DNA of 20,000 bases, taken from the IMG/VR virus record IMGVR_UViG_3300008111_000017; one strand, written 5' to 3'. A model generated the notes under the pieces. It searched no databases. It had not been told where the DNA came from and saw only the letters and a program-made list of their open reading frames with translations. Positions 15,780 through 20,000 of this stretch are shown one piece after another. This stretch comes from an uncultured virus (IMG/VR IMGVR_UViG_3300008111_000017) (Duplodnaviria > Heunggongvirae > Uroviricota > Caudoviricetes). The number at the start of each line of letters is the position of its first letter. Position 1 is the first letter of the stretch. Both the position numbers and the translations under genes were made by a program.

Positions 15780-16771
15780 TGTCCAGCCCCAAGCAGCCAT
15801 CAGTCCAGAAGCAGGAAGTCACGCAGACTAACTTGCCTGAGTATCTTGAGCCGTTTGTAACGCGCATTGCAGGTCGTGCTGAAGAAGCATCGAACCGCCC
15901 GTATGAGGCTTACGGCAACCCACGTATTTCTGACTTCAACGCTGATCAGACCGCAGCCTTTGGCGCGACCCGTGGATTGGCAGGCACGTATCAGCCGCAG
16001 ATGAACATGGCTGCGAACACGATCAACCGCGCTGCGCAGAAGGTGCAAGGCGGTTTGGCTAACGTAAACCCCATCGCGTATAATGCTCCGCGCACGTTCG
16101 GTAACGAGCAAGCGCAGCAATACATGAACCCGTTTATCCAAGGCGTTATGGATCGTACACGGTCAAGCGCTTTGCAGACGCTACAAGAACAGCGCGCACG
16201 GGCTAATGCTGATCTAGCAAACTCTGCACCATTTGGCAGCTATGGCGACATTGTGAACAAGTCGATCTTGGAACGTGACTTCGGTAATCGTGTTGCAGAC
16301 CAAGACGCACAGTTGCTGATGCAGGGCTACGGCAATGCGCAGCAACAGTTCAATGCTGATCGTGGCTTCGGCCAAGGTCAGGATGAAGCCACGAACCGCA
16401 CGATGTTCGAGCGCGCAAACCTTGGTCTTCGCGGCGCAGAACTGATGGGCACGCTTGGTGGACAGCAGGCACAGCTTGCTTCTCAACAGCGTGGACTTGC
16501 ATCTGCTGACATTGACGCGATGCAGAAGATTGGTTTGCAGCAACAGCAGCAGAAGCAGTCGTCGCTTGATCTGGCCTACCAAGACTTTATCAACCAGCGC
16601 GACTATGGCGACAACCGCTTGCAGTTCATGTCGAACATCATCCGCGGTCTACCGTCTCAGATGGGTAGCGATACGACGACGTATGCGCCGCCTGCCAATC
16701 CTTATTCGCAATTGCTCGGCCTTGGCACATCCGCTATGGGCTTGGCTAAATCGTTCGGTGTCGGCCAATGA
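15779..16771 (+). CDS. Internal virion / DNA-transfer protein, Gln/Ala-rich (330 aa)
   Basis: The TAATG-coupled ATG at 15779 is preferred to 15680. QTNLPEYLEPF...PYEAY..PRISDFNADQ..AF, QQYMNPF, LDLAYQDFINQRDY, and a hydrophobic Gly-rich C-terminus. Confidence 0.7.
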   Translation: MSSPKQPSVQKQEVTQTNLPEYLEPFVTRIAGRAEEASNRPYEAYGNPRISDFNADQTAAFGATRGLAGTYQPQMNMAANTINRAAQKVQGGLANVNPIAYNAPRTFGNEQAQQYMNPFIQGVMDRTRSSALQTLQEQRARANADLANSAPFGSYGDIVNKSILERDFGNRVADQDAQLLMQGYGNAQQQFNADRGFGQGQDEATNRTMFERANLGLRGAELMGTLGGQQAQLASQQRGLASADIDAMQKIGLQQQQQKQSSLDLAYQDFINQRDYGDNRLQFMSNIIRGLPSQMGSDTTTYAPPANPYSQLLGLGTSAMGLAKSFGVGQ

Positions 16772-18141
16772 ACCTAATCCAGCTTCAAGACCGCATGAAG
16801 GGTTTGCCTGATACTGCGTTGCAGACGGCTGCGAATATGCCAGGTGAACACCAGTTCTTGGCAATGGCTGAACTGGCAGAACGCCAACGTATTCGCGGTG
16901 CCTATGCTAATCAAGCACAACAAGCGCAGCCAACGGTTGCTGAGCGTATCATGGGCGGTAATCCGGTTGCACCTGTCGAGAGCCCACGCGCTGACATCGG
17001 TGGCCTAGCTGCGGCTTCTAACCGTGGAGATATGCAACCTGCGTTGAAGATGGCACAAGGTGGCGCGGTCCCTTCTACTTATTATATGGCTGACGGCGGC
17101 AAGGTTCCAGAGCGAGTCATCGTGACAGCCCAACAAGGCCAAGATCAACTTGATCCCTATAACCGTTACAATCAAATGTTCGGCTCCGGTCCTTACGATA
17201 CAGGCCTTATTGATCCCGCACGGGGAAACATCGGCTCGCTCGTTGACCAACTCACACGGCAAACCAAAGAGGCTATGCCCCCTGATCGCGTAGCAGCTAT
17301 GCTTGCGGCGCAAGAACAGGATCGTGCGCGCAATGCTGAAATGGAAAAGCGCGATAAGTGGTTAGCCTTGGCACAAGCTGGCCTTGGTATGGCGGCAGGT
17401 AACAGCCCTGACTTTTTGACCAATGTTGTTGGAGGCGCACAAGCGGGGCTAGGGGCGTTGCGCCAAGGGATGACAGAAGCCGAAAAGCGCCAAGCGGCTG
17501 TTCAAGCTCGCGCAGACGCGCTTGAGAAAGCCCGCATGGACCAAGAAGCCCGTAACGCACAGGCGATGCAACAAGTGTATGGCCGTGGTTTCGAAGCTAA
17601 CAGTGGCGTAGAGCTTCAAGGTCTTCGTGCTGCCGGCGCCATGACTGAAGCGGATATGCAGAATGCCGCTGCGATGGAACGCCTTGGCGCTACGAACGCG
17701 GCTGACATGGCGAGAGCACAACTCAGCGCAGCGACACAACGTTACACTGCGCAACTCAGCGCAGCGACACAACGCGCAGAACTCGCATGGCGTCAGCGTC
17801 TAGAAGGACTGAAACGTTCTGACGCAGAGAAAGCGCGCATCGGTGAAGGCTTTGGCACTATCACTGCGCGCGTTGCCGCAGCCTTTAAGGTCACAGATAA
17901 TCCCGCCAATGCGGCAATGGCTGCAAACGCGTGGCGCGCGGACGCTAAATCTTTTGCCGCGCGCAATAATTTGCCCGCTGAATATGCGAGCGATCAGTTC
18001 AATCCATTTGCAGAAGCCGCGAAAGCTGTTAGCCCGAGTGCCACGGCAAAAGGCGCGATGACCCGAGAAGAATTTGCAAAACAATATACCGCAGGACCGG
18101 GTGGGGCACGAGCCGCAGCAGACCAATCACCGCAGGACTAA
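16768..18141 (+). CDS. Internal virion / DNA-transfer protein, alpha-helical (457 aa)
   Basis: ATGA overlap; Ala/Gln-rich coiled coil; central LALAQAGLGMAAGNSPDFLTNVVGGAQAGLG segment; two MAxGGxV motifs. Confidence 0.7.
   Translation: MNLIQLQDRMKGLPDTALQTAANMPGEHQFLAMAELAERQRIRGAYANQAQQAQPTVAERIMGGNPVAPVESPRADIGGLAAASNRGDMQPALKMAQGGAVPSTYYMADGGKVPERVIVTAQQGQDQLDPYNRYNQMFGSGPYDTGLIDPARGNIGSLVDQLTRQTKEAMPPDRVAAMLAAQEQDRARNAEMEKRDKWLALAQAGLGMAAGNSPDFLTNVVGGAQAGLGALRQGMTEAEKRQAAVQARADALEKARMDQEARNAQAMQQVYGRGFEANSGVELQGLRAAGAMTEADMQNAAAMERLGATNAADMARAQLSAATQRYTAQLSAATQRAELAWRQRLEGLKRSDAEKARIGEGFGTITARVAAAFKVTDNPANAAMAANAWRADAKSFAARNNLPAEYASDQFNPFAEAAKAVSPSATAKGAMTREEFAKQYTAGPGGARAAADQSPQD
17719..17774 (+). 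repeat. In-frame 33-bp-period duplication (AQLSAATQR x2)
   Basis: CAACTCAGCGCAGCGACACAACG at 17719-17741 and 17752-17774. Confidence 0.9.
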
Positions 18142-18145
18142 TTAG

Positions 18146-20000
18146 ATGGCGCAACCGACGCAAGAAGAAATCGACGCCGCCTATGCACAGTATCTAGCCA
18201 ATTACACGCCACCTAAAAAGGTAGGCATCCTTGGTGGGTTAGGCACTGCGCTCGAACGTGCGCCTGATACGATTGCGTCGCAGTTCAAGTCTATGGCGGG
18301 CGGCTTTGGTAATCTGAATGTCAACGCTATCGAGGCTATACCGGGTTTAGACTTCGGGCAAGGTGAGCTTTATACAAAGCCGCTCCGAGAAGACGCACAA
18401 GCACTTACTCGCAGCGCGCAGATTGATCGTGCTTACCAAGACTATATCAATCCGATGCCACAAGCGGGGCTCGGTAAATACTCGGCAATGGTTGGCGACT
18501 CTTTGACGCAAGCCGTTCCCGCACTTGTTGCGGGTCTGACGACGGGTGGTTTAGGCGCAGCCGCCACAATGGCCGGTCAGTATTACGGCGAGTCTCGCCT
18601 GTCACAGCTTGAAGAAAACCCTAATCAGCCTGTTCGAGAAGGACGTGCTCTTGCTTCGGGTATCGGGCAAGCGGGCGTTGATATGACATTAGGCCGCTTC
18701 TTGGGCGGTAACTTGAACCCTATGGATAATTTCTCCAAAGGGTTGTTTGGCACGGGCTTAGCGGGAAGTGCTACTCGTGGCGTAGTTGCAGGCGGTCTCC
18801 GCGGCGCGGCTGAAGAAGGCGCGGCTGAAGTTATCCAGCAAGCTATCGACCGCGCACAAGTTGGCCTAGACGTCAACCCGTTTAGCAGCCAAGGCGCATT
18901 TGACGAATACAAGCAGTCTTTCGCTATGGGCGCGTTGCTGGGCGGCGGCATGGGTGCGGTTACAGGCGGTATTGCAGAGACTTATGACGCGGCTAAAGCC
19001 CGTCAGTCTAGCCCTGAAGGTATCGCGCAAGCGTTCAAGCGAATGAGATCGCTGACGCACGGGCTGCGGCGCGTCTTATCGAAGAACGTAAGCAGGGTGA
19101 GTTGCTACAACTTCCTGCACCCGATCCGATGGCATATGATCCGTCTTCTGTGACTGGACGTCCTGCGACACAAGAAGAAATCTTGATGGCACAACAGACA
19201 GGTGGGGCTCCTAATGTTGCACCTGTCCTTGCACTGCCAAATCCAAACACCGCGCCGATCGTTGTTGATCCAACTGGCGTTGCGCAACGTACAGATGAAC
19301 CCCTGCGCGTCGAGCAAGAGCGTGCACGTGAAGCTATCGGTTCGCCCGAGCGCGACGTTCAGGCCGCGACATTGGTTCAACAGGCTGCGGTTACAAAGCG
19401 TACGCAATCAGAACCTTCCTCGCCATACGAGACACGAGCTATGCTGACGGTGCGCGGTAAGCCTGCGTACACTGTCACGGTTGTCGGGCCAGGTTCTAAA
19501 CCCAACACTGTCAAGGTCTTCAATAACGACACGCGCACAATGGTCGAAGTGCCGCGCTCGCGTGTTACTTCTGTTGCTGAAGCTCGTGACCCAAAAGCTC
19601 TAAATCGTTTATCGCCAGACGTTCGGCGCGCAGAAGAAGTGCGTGCAAAAGAACTGCATCAGCGGCAGCTTGAAGCGATTATCAACCCACAGCCCGCCAC
19701 TGAGGCTGTCCCTCCCTCTGCCGCCACAGTTGAGCCGACGACAGACGTTGGTGTTTCCCCTCCTCCGCCAATGGCTGAGGCTCCTGTCGTGCAGGGGGAG
19801 GGTTCTTTTGTTAACGAAACCCCTGTTCCTTTAACAGATCAACCCGCACCTGTTAACGAAACCCCTGTTCCTTTAACGGATCAGCCTGTTGCAGAAATGC
19901 CACAGTCTGCGGCTCCACAAGAGCAACCGACGGGGGTAGCTCCATCAGTTGATATACCTCCTGCGCCTATTGAGGAAACGTCACTGGGCGCTCCTGTTGC
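18146..20000 (+). CDS. N-terminal part of a very large internal virion protein; frame change near 19030, runs off the window end
   Basis: Frame +2 from 18146 is protein-like (AEEGAAEVIQQAIDRAQ...DEYKQSFAMGALLGGGMG) up to SPEGIAQA. Frame +1 is stop-free from 19018 to 20000 and reads VQANEIADARAAARLIEERKQ..., whereas the frame +2 tail to 19153 looks out of frame. Confidence 0.7.
19809..19877 (+). repeat. In-frame 42-bp-period duplication (VNETPVPLTDQP x2)
   Basis: TGTTAACGAAACCCCTGTTCCTTTAAC at 19809-19835 and 19851-19877. Confidence 0.9.

Larger units (their letters stand above)
1..20000 (+). mobile_element. Tailed phage (podovirus-like) virion morphogenesis region
   Basis: Single-strand gene array of adaptor, tailspike, fibre, gp10-like and ejection-protein genes. 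No host housekeeping genes, tail tube, sheath or tape measure are recognisable. Confidence 0.9.

Noticed and set aside
19034..19153. C-terminal 39 aa of the 335-aa track ORF (FKRMRSLTHGL...) as genuine protein
   Set aside because: Composition changes abruptly, while the overlapping +1 frame is protein-like and stays open to the window end.
315..19834. Minus-strand and nested alternative-frame ORFs in the track (e.g. 1147-1350, 6310-6906, 9387-9947, 13184-13819, 19202-19447, 19643-19834)
   Set aside because: They overlap better-supported + strand genes, lack recognisable motifs, and are expected shadows of Ala/Thr/Gly-rich coding sequence.
1..20000. Stop-codon reassignment (alternative genetic code)
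   Set aside because: TAA, TGA and TAG all terminate genes right before the next start (e.g. TAG at 1360, 3708, 10689), and coding density is already near complete with code 11.

Overview
The window is a segment of a tailed dsDNA phage or prophage, most likely a podovirus-type virion morphogenesis region. Essentially all credible genes lie on the + strand and are tightly packed, many with TAATG/TGATG/ATGA overlaps. In order: (1) a 5'-truncated calcineurin-like metallophosphoesterase; (2) an AT-richer ~240-bp gap holding three copies of TCTGCATTTGCGT, each followed by a different predicted hairpin; (3) a small Lys/Met-rich protein ending MKKGGKVC; (4) a ~5.4-kb block of fibre/appendage-like genes, including a LamG/ConA-like protein, a Kelch-like propeller and repeat proteins; (5) a P22 gp4-like adaptor, a CxxC/CxxC protein, a beta-helix tailspike, a second adaptor-like protein, a tail fibre and a P22 gp10-like tail protein; (6) internal virion/ejection proteins, including a GNAT-like protein and the N-terminus of a very large protein interrupted by a one-base frame change near 19030. 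No terminase, portal, major capsid, integrase, tRNA or canonical CRISPR array was seen. The most notable observations are the repeat-plus-hairpin mini-array at 978-1196, an M-[AK]-x-G-G-[AK]-V motif shared by three otherwise unrelated proteins, and the frameshift. All family assignments come from motif recognition by eye, not database searches.
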